Shown: in pieces, positions 51,479 to 62,400 of the stretch | How positions within the stretch are numbered: position 1 is the first letter of the stretch | Layout of the letters: each line of letters opens with the position of its first letter | Assembly (NCBI GenBank): GCA_035490535.1 | Contig: DATHCP010000018.1 | Span: forward strand, 628 to 64,627 | Reading direction: 5' to 3' | Origin: Actinomycetota bacterium | GTDB lineage: Bacteria; Actinomycetota; UBA4738; HRBIN12 | DNA length: 64,000 bases | Notes under the pieces: model-generated | Database searches by the model: none | Told to the model about the DNA's origin: nothing | Seen by the model: only the letters and a program-made list of their open reading frames with translations | Program-made: the position numbers and the translations under genes

Positions 51479-53259
51479 CCGCTGCCCTCCCCGAGCGGTG
51501 AGGGCTCCGCGACCACGTCCTCGTCGCCCACCAGATCGCCGGCCCACTTGTCTTGGGCGCGTTCCTCCTCGTGCAGCTCCCGGGTGCGGCGCACGTTCGG
51601 GATCAGGCCCTGCGGCCGCAGGATCATCACGGCCATCAGGACCGCCCCGTACACCAGCAGCTGGTAGGCCTGGAACTCCGAGAGCAGGCCGGGAACGCCG
51701 ATCAGCACGAGCGCGCCCACCACCACGCCGGGGATGCTGCCCATCCCGCCCAGGATCACGATCGCGAGCGTGGTGATCGACACGAGGATCGTGAAGCTCG
51801 CGTCGTTCAGCGAGCCGATCTGCACGGCGAACAGCGCGCCGCCGACCGCACCGATCGCACCGCCGAGGGCGAAGGCCAGCAGCTTGTAGCGGGTGGAGCT
51901 CACGCCGACCGCCTCGGCCACCTGCTCGTCCTCGCGCATCGCGTTCCAAGCTCGGCCGACCCGCGATTCCTGCAGACGCCACGCGATGTACGCGGCCAGG
52001 ATGCAGAACACGAGCACGAGGTAGTAGAAGGTCCGCGGGTTCCGGAAGTCGAGGCTGCCGATCGGCGCCGCGGGGATCTTCGTCAGGCCCTGCGTGCCGC
52101 CGAAGATGTCCTTCAGCCAGTCCGAGGTGAACAGCGCGCGGGCGATCTCACCGAAGCCCAGCGTGACGATCGCGAGGTAGTCGCCGCGCAGCCGCAACAC
52201 CGGCGCGCCGATCAGCACCCCGACGAGGGCCGCGGCGAGGATCACGATCGGGAGCGCGATGAAGAACGAGAGCCCTCCGTGGAACGCCGGCGCCTTCAGG
52301 CCGAGCGTCGTGATCAGGAGCCCGCCCGTGAGCACGCCCGTGATGTAGGCCCCCACCGCGAAGAACGCCACGTACCCCAGGTCGAGCAGCCCGGCGTAGC
52401 CGACCACGATGTTGAGCCCGAGCCCCATCAGGACGTAGATCCCGACCGATCCCAGGATCTGCGACAGGATCGTCCCGGCGACGAACGGCAGGAGCAGCAG
52501 GATCACGACGAGCACGATGACCTCCGCGGTGCGCGCCTGCCGCTCCCCGCCGGTCATCCACACGATGCCGCGCTGCATCTGCGACCCCTTGCGCATGAAC
52601 AGGACCGTGAGGCCTGCCGCGACCGCGAAGGTCAACACCGCGCCGAACCACGTCAGGCCGAGGTACGTGGTGCTGTAGAGCCACGCCTTGGGCAACCCGA
52701 GCTGATCCATCGCCGTCGGGATGATCCGCTGCAGCATGCCGAAACCGACCACGCTGCTCAGCCCGATCACGATCGGGCGCCGGACGCCGACCGAGCAGGC
52801 CCGCAGGACGCCCCCGAACGCACCGAGCAGGACGATCACGACCGACAGGATCGCGAGCCCCGAAACCGCACTGCGATGCAGGTACAGGATGCCGAGGAGC
52901 GTCGGTGAGACCGACTTGAAGATGTTCCGTGTGGTGTCGATCCCGAGCAGGTTCGCCAGGCCGATCGCCGCCATCGTGATCGCGGCGACGATCAGGCCCA
53001 CGAGCGCCCCGGCGAGCGCCGCTTCGCCGATGCCCGGCTGCACCTCCTCCCCGCGCACCTGTCGCGGCCGGGTCGCGACGTACGCGGCGATGATCGGAGG
53101 CAGCCCCAGGAACAGCACGCCGGCGATGCTCAGCTGCGAGCCGACGATCTTGCGGGGGTCGAGCTGCTCGATCAGCCCGACCATCGCGCAGTAGATGATC
53201 GCGGTGGCGCCGATCAGGCCCGCGCGCACCACCTGCCGCCCCAGCCCTGGCGTCCGCAT
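51475..53259 (-). CDS. livM: Branched-chain amino acid ABC permease (LivM-like) with long N-terminal membrane extension
   Basis: C-terminal about 340 aa is the LivM core; N-terminal about 250 aa is a hydrophobic multi-TM extension. Confidence 0.85.
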   Translation of the reverse strand: MRTPGLGRQVVRAGLIGATAIIYCAMVGLIEQLDPRKIVGSQLSIAGVLFLGLPPIIAAYVATRPRQVRGEEVQPGIGEAALAGALVGLIVAAITMAAIGLANLLGIDTTRNIFKSVSPTLLGILYLHRSAVSGLAILSVVIVLLGAFGGVLRACSVGVRRPIVIGLSSVVGFGMLQRIIPTAMDQLGLPKAWLYSTTYLGLTWFGAVLTFAVAAGLTVLFMRKGSQMQRGIVWMTGGERQARTAEVIVLVVILLLLPFVAGTILSQILGSVGIYVLMGLGLNIVVGYAGLLDLGYVAFFAVGAYITGVLTGGLLITTLGLKAPAFHGGLSFFIALPIVILAAALVGVLIGAPVLRLRGDYLAIVTLGFGEIARALFTSDWLKDIFGGTQGLTKIPAAPIGSLDFRNPRTFYYLVLVFCILAAYIAWRLQESRVGRAWNAMREDEQVAEAVGVSSTRYKLLAFALGGAIGAVGGALFAVQIGSLNDASFTILVSITTLAIVILGGMGSIPGVVVGALVLIGVPGLLSEFQAYQLLVYGAVLMAVMILRPQGLIPNVRRTRELHEEERAQDKWAGDLVGDEDVVAEPSPLGEGSG

Positions 53260-53263
53260 CCGA

Positions 53264-54370
53264 TCAGACCTTGTCCGGCTCGTCCGACCCGAGGATGCCC
53301 CCCGGTCGGAAGATCAGCACCAGCACCAGCACGGAGAACGTGATCACCGGCTTCAGCTGGAACGGCGAGGGGATGTGGAAGCCGGTGAGCAGCAGCGGGG
53401 GCCCGACCGACTCGAGCAGACCGAGGATCAACCCGCCGAGCGCGGCCCCGGCGATGCTGCCGATCCCGCCCAGCACCGAGGCCGTGAACGCCGCGATCCC
53501 TGGCACGAACCCGATGTAGGGATGCACCTGGCCGAAGGTCATGCCGAACTGGACGCCGGCCACGCCGGCGAGCAGGCCGCCGAGGGCGAACGTCAGCATG
53601 ATCGTGCGGTCGACGTCGATCCCCATCAGGCTGGCGATCTCCCGGTCCTGCGCCACCGCGCGGATCGAACGCCCCGCCTTCGTCTTGGACACGAACAGGC
53701 TCAGGCACGCCACGGCGATGATCGCGGTGAGGATCACCACGACCTGGATCCGCTGCATCGTGATGCCGAGGATCGTCCAGGTCTGGTCGCCGCTGAGGAT
53801 GTTCGGCACGGGATACGCCCGCGCCTGCGGCCCCCACAGGCCGAACGCGGTGTTCTGCAGGAACAGCGAGGCGCCGATCGCGGTGATCAACGGCACGAGC
53901 CGCGGCGCGTTCCGCAGCGGCCGGTAGGCCACCCGCTCCAGCAGCAGCGCCACCGAGCACGACACGAGCATCGCCACCAGGAAGATGATCGCGAGCGCCA
54001 CCACCGGGTTCCGGTTCAGGAAGCCGCTGGAGGCGTACGCGGTCGCGAAGAAGTACGAGCCGAACGCTCCGAACATGAAGACCTCGCCGTGCGCGAAGTT
54101 GATCATCCGCAGCACGCCGTACACCAACGTGTACCCGAGGGCGATCAGGGCGTAGATCCCGCCCTGGGCCACGCCCAAGATCACGAAGTCCTTCCAGGTG
54201 GAGGCGTCGTAGGTGTTGCTCTGCAAGGTCCGGAACGACCCCACCACGACGAACAACGTGATGCCGATCGCGAGCGCGATCTGGATGATCCGCCGCCAGG
54301 GCAACCGGGCGTACCGGTTCAGCGACGCCGCCGCGGCGGGCGCAGGCTGGACCCCGGTCATGTTCGCCAT
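53264..54370 (-). CDS. livH: Branched-chain amino acid ABC permease (LivH-like)
   Basis: 368 aa polytopic permease; SD GAGGAG before ATG. Confidence 0.85.
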   Translation of the reverse strand: MANMTGVQPAPAAAASLNRYARLPWRRIIQIALAIGITLFVVVGSFRTLQSNTYDASTWKDFVILGVAQGGIYALIALGYTLVYGVLRMINFAHGEVFMFGAFGSYFFATAYASSGFLNRNPVVALAIIFLVAMLVSCSVALLLERVAYRPLRNAPRLVPLITAIGASLFLQNTAFGLWGPQARAYPVPNILSGDQTWTILGITMQRIQVVVILTAIIAVACLSLFVSKTKAGRSIRAVAQDREIASLMGIDVDRTIMLTFALGGLLAGVAGVQFGMTFGQVHPYIGFVPGIAAFTASVLGGIGSIAGAALGGLILGLLESVGPPLLLTGFHIPSPFQLKPVITFSVLVLVLIFRPGGILGSDEPDKV

Positions 54371-54437
54371 CGGCGCTCCTCAGCCGGGCGATGCGGGTGG
54401 GCGCGCATCGCCCACCCGCATCGCTCCGGTCGACCCG

Positions 54438-55775
54438 CTAGCTCGAGCTGGTGCCGAGCGCGCTCGCGAGCGTCTTCGTCTCGGAGAAGACGGGCTTGCC
54501 GTCGCCCTTCCCGCCTTCGATCGGCAGGTTCGGCGACTTGTAGACGCCGATCACCACGGTCGTCGCGCAGTCACCCGTGGAGCTGCAGGTGTAGTTCGTG
54601 ACGATGCCGGGGAAATCGGTGGTGTTCTGGATCGCGTCGCGCAGCGCCGAACGCGGGATCGAGAGCGATCCGTCGCTGTTCTTGATCGCCACGGACTCGA
54701 TCGCCTGCACCAGGATGTTGACGGCGTCGAACGCGTGGGCGTGGAAGGCCGACAGCGGAGCGCTCCCCGCCAGCTTCTGGTACGCGGGCAGGAAGTCGTT
54801 CTTGTAGAAGTCGGCATTCGAGAACGCCGAGAGGTCCGGCGAGGAGAAGTAGCTCCCGTTGATCGCGCTGCCTGCCAGCTTGATGAAGTCGGACGAGAAG
54901 CAGCCGTCCGACCCGATCATGGTCGTGTTCGCGAGCTGAGGGATCTGCTTCGCCTGCTGGAGCAGCAGGGCGCACTGCGCCGTGTAGTCCGGCATGTAGA
55001 TCACGTCCGGCGCGTTCTGGGCGATCTTGGTGAGGACCGGCTTGAAGTCGCTGTCCGCGCTGTTGATCGCCTCGGCGTCGGTGATCGTGCCGCCGGCGGC
55101 GGTGAAATCCTGGCCGAACACGGTGGTCAGGCCCTCCGTGTACGGCGTCTCGTCGTGGATCGTCGCGGCCGTCTTCGCGCTCAGCTGCTGGGTGGCGAAG
55201 TCGACGACCACGGCGCCCTGGATCGCGTCGTTGTGCGCCGTACGGAAGTAGAAGGGGTTGTGCGTCCCCGGCGCCGTCAGGGCCGGGTTCGTGTTCGACG
55301 GCGAGAACAGGACGATGCCCTTGTCGCCGAGCGTCGCGTCGGCCACGCCGAGCGCCGCGCCCGAGCAGCTCGTGCCGATCACGGCGACGATCTGCGTGTT
55401 CGCTGCGAGCTTCGTCGAGCCGGCCTGGCCGCCCTCGGACGAGCACTTGTCATCCTCGTTCTGGAGCTGGACGTCGTGGCCGTCGATCTGGCCGTTCTTC
55501 CCGTCGAACGTCTTGTCGAGGTAGTCGAGCGCGAGCTGGACACCGTAGAGGCTGTCCTGGCCCAGGTTGGCGTTGTCGCCGCTCACCGACAGCAGCGTGC
55601 CGATCTGGATCGGAGCTCCCGCGGGGACGTCGACGCATCCGAACTGGACGGTGGTGCAGTCCACGGCGCCGCCGGACGCGGCCGACGTCGTCGACGAACT
55701 CTTCGAGCATGCGGCGGCGACCATCGCCAGCACCCCGATCACCGCGATGGGAGTCACCCACCTTCTGTGCTGCAT
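54438..55775 (-). CDS. Branched-chain/general amino acid ABC substrate-binding lipoprotein (LivJ/LivK-like)
   Basis: Lipoprotein signal MQHRRWVTPIAVIGVLAMVAAAC; periplasmic binding protein type-1 body. Track ORF is 24 codons 5'-extended. Confidence 0.85.
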   Translation of the reverse strand: MQHRRWVTPIAVIGVLAMVAAACSKSSSTTSAASGGAVDCTTVQFGCVDVPAGAPIQIGTLLSVSGDNANLGQDSLYGVQLALDYLDKTFDGKNGQIDGHDVQLQNEDDKCSSEGGQAGSTKLAANTQIVAVIGTSCSGAALGVADATLGDKGIVLFSPSNTNPALTAPGTHNPFYFRTAHNDAIQGAVVVDFATQQLSAKTAATIHDETPYTEGLTTVFGQDFTAAGGTITDAEAINSADSDFKPVLTKIAQNAPDVIYMPDYTAQCALLLQQAKQIPQLANTTMIGSDGCFSSDFIKLAGSAINGSYFSSPDLSAFSNADFYKNDFLPAYQKLAGSAPLSAFHAHAFDAVNILVQAIESVAIKNSDGSLSIPRSALRDAIQNTTDFPGIVTNYTCSSTGDCATTVVIGVYKSPNLPIEGGKGDGKPVFSETKTLASALGTSSS

Positions 55776-55847
55776 GCAGCCCCCTTTCTCAGAACCGAGC
55801 GAGATAGTGGGCTTTGGTACCACATCCGCTCGGCGCAGGCCAATCAC

Positions 55848-55877
55848 TCCGGAGGACCGTTTCCTCCTGCTCCGGAT
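55848..55877 (-). terminator. Putative intrinsic terminator hairpin downstream of trpA (no U-tract)
   Basis: Minus strand GGAGGA-aacgg-UCCUCC perfect 6-bp stem nested in CCGGAG...CUCCGG, about 40 nt after the trpA stop; followed by a liv-operon promoter-like TTGGCC-18-TACCAA. Confidence 0.35.
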
Positions 55878-55916
55878 ACGGTCGGAACGCGGCCCGGGGA
55901 TGGGTCGCGGCGCGCC

Positions 55917-56702
55917 TCAGGCGCCCGCGGACGCCGTTGGGATCGCGTTCCGGAAGGCGGCGGCGAGGTCCTCAAGGGCTCCCGGACCACCGTTGGCGAG
56001 GGCGGCCATCAGGGCGGAACCCACGATCACGCCGTCCGCGTAAGTGCAGGCCTCCGCGGCGAGCTCGGGGGTGCCGACGCCCACGCCGACCAGCAACGGC
56101 AGGTCCGTCAGGCCCCGCAGGGCCCCGACGACCTCTCGCGCGCCCCCGCCCAGGTCCTCGCGCGCTCCGGTGACCCCGTAGGTAGCAACGCAGTAGACGA
56201 ATCCGTGCGCGGCCGCGGCGATCGCCCCGTACCGTGCGGGGTCGGTCCCCGGCGCGGCCAGCAGGACCACATCGACGCCCCGCGCGGCGGCGGCGGCCTC
56301 GACCGGAGCGGCCTCGTCTACCGGCAGGTCGGGGACGATCGCCCCGGCGACGCCGGCCGCGACGGCGTCGTCGAGGAACACGTCCACACCGCGGCGGAAC
56401 ACCGGGTTCACGTAGGTCATCACCGCGACCGGGATCGCCAGATCCGCGTCGCCGATCGTGGCGAGCACGTCGGCCGGCCGGATCCCGGCCGCGAGGGCCG
56501 CCGACGACGCCTCCTGGATCACCCCGCCGTCCATGATCGGGTCCGAGTGCGGGATCCCGACCTCGACGGCGTCGGCACCCACGGCCTCGAGTCGGCGGAG
56601 CAGCGCGGCATCCACGCCGGGTGCGCCGCCGGTCACGTACGGCACGAACGCGTGGCCGCCGCGCTCGCGCACCCCTCGGAGCGCCGTCTCGAGCGCGTTC
56701 AT
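55917..56702 (-). CDS. trpA: Tryptophan synthase alpha chain
   Basis: [34 protein letters not shown]...GVTGAR; ATG overlaps the trpB stop (ATGA). Track ORF is an out-of-frame extension. Confidence 0.9.
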   Translation of the reverse strand: MNALETALRGVRERGGHAFVPYVTGGAPGVDAALLRRLEAVGADAVEVGIPHSDPIMDGGVIQEASSAALAAGIRPADVLATIGDADLAIPVAVMTYVNPVFRRGVDVFLDDAVAAGVAGAIVPDLPVDEAAPVEAAAAARGVDVVLLAAPGTDPARYGAIAAAAHGFVYCVATYGVTGAREDLGGGAREVVGALRGLTDLPLLVGVGVGTPELAAEACTYADGVIVGSALMAALANGGPGALEDLAAAFRNAIPTASAGA

Positions 56703-57895
56703 CCGGTCCCCAGGGCCGCGCGGACCGTGTCGAGGTCCTTGTCCCCCCGTCCCGACAGGCACACGAGCACCCGCGCCCCCTCGGGGAGAGGGCGCCCGCG
56801 GAGCCAGCCGATCACGTGCGAGGGCTCGAGCGCCGCGATGATGCCCTCGGTTCGAGCCAGCAGCTGCAGGCCGGCCAGCGCGTCGTCGTCGCCCGCGCGG
56901 ACGTACGTCGCGAGGCCCGCGTCCTTCAGGTACGCGTGCTCGGGTCCGACGCCCGGATAGTCGAGGCCCGCGGAGATCGAGTGCGTCGGCGCCACCTGTC
57001 CTTCGGCATCCTGCAGCAGGTACGACAGCGCGCCGTGCAGCACGCCCGGCTCGCCCTGGGTCAGCGACGCGCAATGCCGGCCGAGCTCGCTGCCGGTCCC
57101 GCCGGCCTCGACCCCGATCAGCTGGACCCCGGGGGTGCCGACGAACGCGGTGAAGATCCCGATCGCGTTGGAGCCGCCGCCGACGCAGGCCAGGACGTAC
57201 TCGGGGTCCGCGCCGATCCGTGCGGCGTACTGCGCGCGCGCCTCGTCCCCGATCACGCGCTGGAGATCCCGCACCAGCATCGGGAACGGGTGCGGCCCCA
57301 CGACGGACCCGATCACGTAGTGGGTGGTTCGCACGCTCGCCGCCCAGTCGCGGAGCGCCTCGTTCACCGCCTCCTTCAACGTCGCGTCGCCCGCGGTCAC
57401 CGGCACGACCTCCGCACCGAGCAGCTTCATCCGCGCGACGTTCGGCGCCTGCCGGTGGGTGTCCTCCTCGCCCATGTAGACCACGCAGGGCAGGCCGAGC
57501 AGCGCACAGGCGGTCGCGGTGGCCACGCCGTGCTGCCCGGCCCCGGTCTCCGCGATGATCCGTTCCTTGCCCAACCGCCGGGCCAGGAGCACCTGACCGA
57601 GCGCGTTGTTGATCTTGTGCGCGCCGGTGTGCGCGAGGTCTTCGCGCTTGAGCCACAACGAAAGCCCCAGCTCCTCGGACAGCCGCGGCGCGAACGTGAT
57701 CGGCGTGGGCCGTCCGACGACGTCGGAGAGCAGCCCGCCGAGCTCGCCGCGGAACCCGGGGTCGTCGCGCAGGACCGCCCATGCCGCGGCGAGCTCGTCC
57801 AGCGCGGGGATCAGCACCTCCGGCGCGTACCGTCCGCCGTAGGCGCCGAACCGGCCCCGCGCATCCGGCAACGGCGGCAGCTCCACGACGCTCAT
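56699..57895 (-). CDS. trpB: Tryptophan synthase beta chain
   Basis: [26 protein letters not shown] (PLP Lys), GGGSNAIG; ATG overlaps the trpC stop. Confidence 0.95.
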   Translation of the reverse strand: MSVVELPPLPDARGRFGAYGGRYAPEVLIPALDELAAAWAVLRDDPGFRGELGGLLSDVVGRPTPITFAPRLSEELGLSLWLKREDLAHTGAHKINNALGQVLLARRLGKERIIAETGAGQHGVATATACALLGLPCVVYMGEEDTHRQAPNVARMKLLGAEVVPVTAGDATLKEAVNEALRDWAASVRTTHYVIGSVVGPHPFPMLVRDLQRVIGDEARAQYAARIGADPEYVLACVGGGSNAIGIFTAFVGTPGVQLIGVEAGGTGSELGRHCASLTQGEPGVLHGALSYLLQDAEGQVAPTHSISAGLDYPGVGPEHAYLKDAGLATYVRAGDDDALAGLQLLARTEGIIAALEPSHVIGWLRGRPLPEGARVLVCLSGRGDKDLDTVRAALGTG

Positions 57896-58674
57896 CCGTC
57901 GGCCTCCTCCCCACGCAGCCGCCGGAGCGCGGCGGCCGGATCCGGCGCCCGCATCAGCGCCTCCCCGACCAGGATGGCAGACGCGCCGGCCTCGACCGCG
58001 GCCGCCGCGTCGGCCCGCGACGCGATCCCGCTCTCGAGCACGGCGGCGCGGTCGGCCGGGATCCGGCGCAGCCGGGCCAGGGCCGCCGGCACGTCCACCT
58101 CGAGCGACTCCAGGTCGCGCGCGTTGACCCCGACGACCTCTTCCCGCGTCGCGAGGGCCCGCTCGAGGTCCGCATCGCCGTGCGACTCCAGGAGCACGCC
58201 CATGCCGAGCTCGGCGGCGCGCTCGAGCAGCGACAGGAGCGCCGCGTCGTCGGTGGCCGATGCGATCACCAAGACCGCGTCGGCACCGGCGGCGCGGGCC
58301 TCGAGCACCTGCGACGGCTCGATCAGGAAGTCCTTGCGGAGCACCGGAACCTGCACCGCGGCCCGCACCCGCGCGAGGTCCTCCAGGGAGCCCCCGAAAT
58401 GGCGGGGCTCCGTCAGGACCGAGATCGCCGCGGCGCCGGCCGCCTCGTACGCGCGCGCCTGTGCGACCGGGTCGACGCCGCGCGCGATGTCGCCCGCGCT
58501 CGGCGAGGCCCGCTTCACCTCCGCGATCACCGACGGGGAGCCGTGACGGAGGGACGCCACCCACGGACGCGCCGGCGGACGCGCGGCCGCGGCCGCCTCG
58601 AGCGCCGACAGATCCAGGGGCCGGTCGGCCAGGTCCCGTCGGGTCTGGGCCAGCACGTCGGTGAGGAAGCCCAT
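57892..58674 (-). CDS. trpC: Indole-3-glycerol-phosphate synthase
   Basis: [29 protein letters not shown], all IGPS motifs. Confidence 0.9.
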   Translation of the reverse strand: MGFLTDVLAQTRRDLADRPLDLSALEAAAAARPPARPWVASLRHGSPSVIAEVKRASPSAGDIARGVDPVAQARAYEAAGAAAISVLTEPRHFGGSLEDLARVRAAVQVPVLRKDFLIEPSQVLEARAAGADAVLVIASATDDAALLSLLERAAELGMGVLLESHGDADLERALATREEVVGVNARDLESLEVDVPAALARLRRIPADRAAVLESGIASRADAAAAVEAGASAILVGEALMRAPDPAAALRRLRGEEADG

Positions 58675-58718
58675 GGGGCGGCGAGTCTACCGAGGGCCGG
58701 TGCGCCGAGCCGCCGGCC

Positions 58719-59426
58719 TCAGGCGGCGGCCCAGGTGAGCGCGGCCGCGAGGTCCAGCGATCCATCGAGGGCCGCGCGGCCGACCACGGCACCCACCGCC
58801 CCCGCCTCCCGCGCGGCCCGGAGGTCCTCGAGCGAGGCGATCCCGCCGGCGGCCATCACGGGAAGCCCCACCCGGGCGACCCTGCGGATCAGCGGGGCGT
58901 CCGGCCCCGCCCCCCCGCCGACGCGCCCGACCGCCGTGAGGAGGAACCCCGGTGCGCCGGCGCCGGCGAGCCAGCCGAGCGCTCCCATCAGGTCCAGATC
59001 GACCGCTCCGTCGCCCCGGCCGCGGATCCGCCCGTCGTCGACCTCGAGCCCGATGAGGACCGGGCCGGCCGATCCGCCGACGAGCGGCGCGGCCGCCTCG
59101 GGGTCGGCGAGCGCGCGCGACGCCAGGACGTAGCGATCGCCGCCCGCTCCGAGGTATCGCCGCGCGAGCGCGGCGGTGTCGATCCCGCCGGAGATCTGCA
59201 GGCGCACCGTCGGCGCCTGCCCGGCGATCCGTTCGACGATCCCGAGGTTCGCCGGCTCACCGCCGAACGCGAGGTCCATGTCCACCACGTGGAGCCAGCG
59301 CGCGCCGGCCGCCGCGAACGCCCGAGCCGCCGCGACCGGATCGCCGCCGAAGGCCTCGACGGGTTCGGGGCCGCTCGGGGTCCACACGCCGAGCCGGCCG
59401 GAGGTCACGTCGATCGCGGGGAGCAC
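58719..59426 (-). CDS. HisA/PriA-like (beta-alpha)8 phosphoribosyl isomerase, likely acting as PRA isomerase (TrpF) here
   Basis: [11 protein letters not shown] (catalytic Asp), [26 protein letters not shown], the HisA/PriA fold with two phosphate-binding GG motifs. Start at GTG 59426 (MLPAIDV) or 59438. Track ORF runs far upstream across the dnaE 3' end in another frame. Confidence 0.75.
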   Translation of the reverse strand: MLPAIDVTSGRLGVWTPSGPEPVEAFGGDPVAAARAFAAAGARWLHVVDMDLAFGGEPANLGIVERIAGQAPTVRLQISGGIDTAALARRYLGAGGDRYVLASRALADPEAAAPLVGGSAGPVLIGLEVDDGRIRGRGDGAVDLDLMGALGWLAGAGAPGFLLTAVGRVGGGAGPDAPLIRRVARVGLPVMAAGGIASLEDLRAAREAGAVGAVVGRAALDGSLDLAAALTWAAA

Positions 59427-59466
59427 GGTGAACGGCACGGCCGAACGATAGGCCGCGGACCCGGCC

Positions 59467-62400
59467 TCAGCCCACGCGTGCGGCGTCGGCGCCGAGCAGA
59501 TCACGCAGCTCGCCCAGGAGCGAGCCGGCCGCGTCGACGGAGAACGACCCAAGGGCGAGCGGCCGGATCCCCTGCGAAGAGACGAAGCGCAGCTGGACCG
59601 GCGCCGCGCCGGGATGGGCCTCGAACAGCTGCTTGAGACGCGCGAGGACCGCCGGCGTACAGGCGGTGGCGGCGAGGTCCACCACGAGCGCGTCGGGCTC
59701 GGCGACCCGTTCGTCCGGGCCGAGCACCGGCTCGCGGATGTCGTTGGCCCGGATCTGGAGCTCACGGCCCCGCAGGTCGATCCTGCCCGTGACCAGCACG
59801 ATCGCGTCCGGCTCGATCAGATGCGGAACCGCCTCGTACACGCTCGGGAACGCCATCACCTCGACGCCGCCCTCCAGCCCCTCCAGCCGGAACTGCGCGT
59901 AGGGCTCGCCGCGGCGCGAGTACTTGCGAGCGAGCGACCCGATGATGCCGGCGACCGTGACCAGGTCGCCGTCCCCCAGCGATGGCAGATCGCGGATCGC
60001 GTGTGTCGTCTGGGTGCGCAGCGACGCGTCGACCCCCAGCAGCGGATGATCGGTCACGAACTGCCCGAGCATCTCCTTCTCCTTCGACAGGAGCAGGCGC
60101 TTGTCGAGCTCCGGACCCTGCAGCACCGACGCGTCGACCTCCTGCAGCTCGCCCTCGCCGCCTCCGAACAGGGAGAACTGGCCTGCCGCCTCCGCCTTGC
60201 GCTCGGCGAGGATCGGCGCCGCGACCTTCTCCCAGGCCGCCTGCTCCCCGACCTGCTGCACCAGCCCGCCGCGCGTGTAGCCGAGCGAGTCGAACGCGCC
60301 CGCGAAGATCAGCGACTCCAGCACCCGCTTCGTGAGCGCGCCCGGCTCGACGCGGCGACAGAAATCCGCGAACGACGTGAAGTCCTCGCCTTCGGCTCGA
60401 GCGTCCACGATCGCTTGCACCACGCCCTCGCCCACGTTGCGCACCGCCGACAGGCCGTAGCGGATCGCCCGCCGCTCCCCCGGCGCCGGCGCGAAGTCCA
60501 TCGCCGACTCGTTCACGTCCGGGGGCAGGACCTCGATCCCCATCCCGCGGCACGCGTAGAGGTAGAAGGGCTTGCGGTCCTTGTCGTCCTTCACCGAGGT
60601 GAGGACCGCGGCCATGTACTCCACGGGGTGGTGCGCCATCAGGTAGGCGGTCTGGTAGGCGACGTAGCCGTAGGCGCACGCGTGCGAGGCGTTGAACCCG
60701 TAGTCGGCGAAGGGTTCGATCAGCTCGAAGATCTCCTCGGCCGAGCGCCGCTCGTGGCCCTGCGCGACCGCACCGGCCACGAACTTCTCCCGCTGCGCGG
60801 CGACCTTGTCGCGGATCTTCTTGCCCATCACCTTGCGGAGCGTGTCGGCCTCGCCGACCGAGAACCCGGCCAGCACCACGGCCGTCTGCATCACCTGCTC
60901 CTGGTAGACCATCACGCCGTAGGTGCTGCCCAGCACCGGTTCCAGATCGGGATGGGGGTAGACGACCTTCTTGCGCCCGTGCTTGCGCTCGGCGTACTCG
61001 GTGTGCTGGCCCATCGACAACAGGCCCGGCCGGTACAGGGCGACGCAGGCCATCAGGTCCTCGAACCGGTCGGGCTCGAGCAACTTGATCAGGTTGCGCA
61101 CGCCCGGGGACTCCATCTGGAACACGCCGGTCGTGTCGCCGCGCCGCAACATCGCGTAGGTCTCGGCGTCGTCGAGCGGGATGTGGTCGATGTCGAGCTC
61201 GACGCCGCGGTCGCGGAGGTGCCGCACCGTGTCCTCCAGCACCGACAGGGTCCGCAGTCCGAGGAAGTCCATCTTGAGCAGGCCGAGCTGCGCCACGCCG
61301 TTCATATCGAACTGCGTGACCATCTTCTTGGACCCCTCCCGCGAGTCCTTCGTGAGCTTCAGCGGGAGGTACTCCATCAAGGGCGCGTCGCCGATCACGA
61401 CGCCCGCCGCGTGCACCGAGTCCTCGCGGCGCAGGCCCTCCAAGGCGCGCGCGGTGTCGACGATCTCCCGCGCCTCCGGCTCCCGCTCGTAGGCCTCGCG
61501 GAGCTCGGGGCTGACCTCGAGCGCGCGGTCGATCGGCTCGTCGCGACCCATCACCGCCGGCGGGTACATCTTGCACAGGCGATCGCCCACGATCGGCGGG
61601 AAACCCAGCACGCGCGCGGCATCGCGGATCCCCTGCTTGCCCTTGATCGTCTGGAACGTGACGATCTGCGCGACCCGGTCCGAGCCGTAGCGGTCGGTCG
61701 CGTACCGCAGCACCTCGTCGCGACGACGCTCGTCGAAGTCCATGTCGATATCCGGCATCTCGATCCGGTCCGGATTCAGGAACCGCTCGAACAGCAGGCC
61801 GTACCGCAAGGGATCGAGGTCGGTCACGCGCAGGGCGTAGGACACCACCGAGCCCGCCGCCGAGCCGCGGCCCGGTCCGACGCGGATCCCCCGCTCGCGG
61901 GCGAACCGGATCAGGTCCCACACGATCAGGAAGTAGCCGGCGAACCCCATCTTCGTGATCACCGCGAGTTCATGGTCGATCCGCTCGACGACCTCGGGCG
62001 CCAGCGGCGAGCCGTACCGCTCGGCGGCGCCTCCCTCGACGAGCTCGCGGAGGTACGTCTCCAAGGCCTCGCCGTGCGGCGTGTCGAACCGCGGCAATCG
62101 GTATTCGATGCGTCCCTCGACGAGGATCCGCTCCAGCTCGGGCAGCAGCTGCACGCGCTCGGCGATCGCGAGCGTCGTGTCGCATGCCTCCGGCAGCTCG
62201 CGGAAGACCGCGCGCATCTCCTCGGCGCTCTTCAGGTAGAACTCCTCGGAGTCGAACCGCAGACGCTTCGGGTCCGACTGCAGCTTCTGTTGCTGGATGC
62301 ACAGCAGGACGTCGTGGGGCTTCGCGTCCTCCTTGCGGAGGTAGTGCAGGTCGTTCGTCGCGACGATCGGCGCCCCGATCGCCCGCGCGATCTCGATCTG

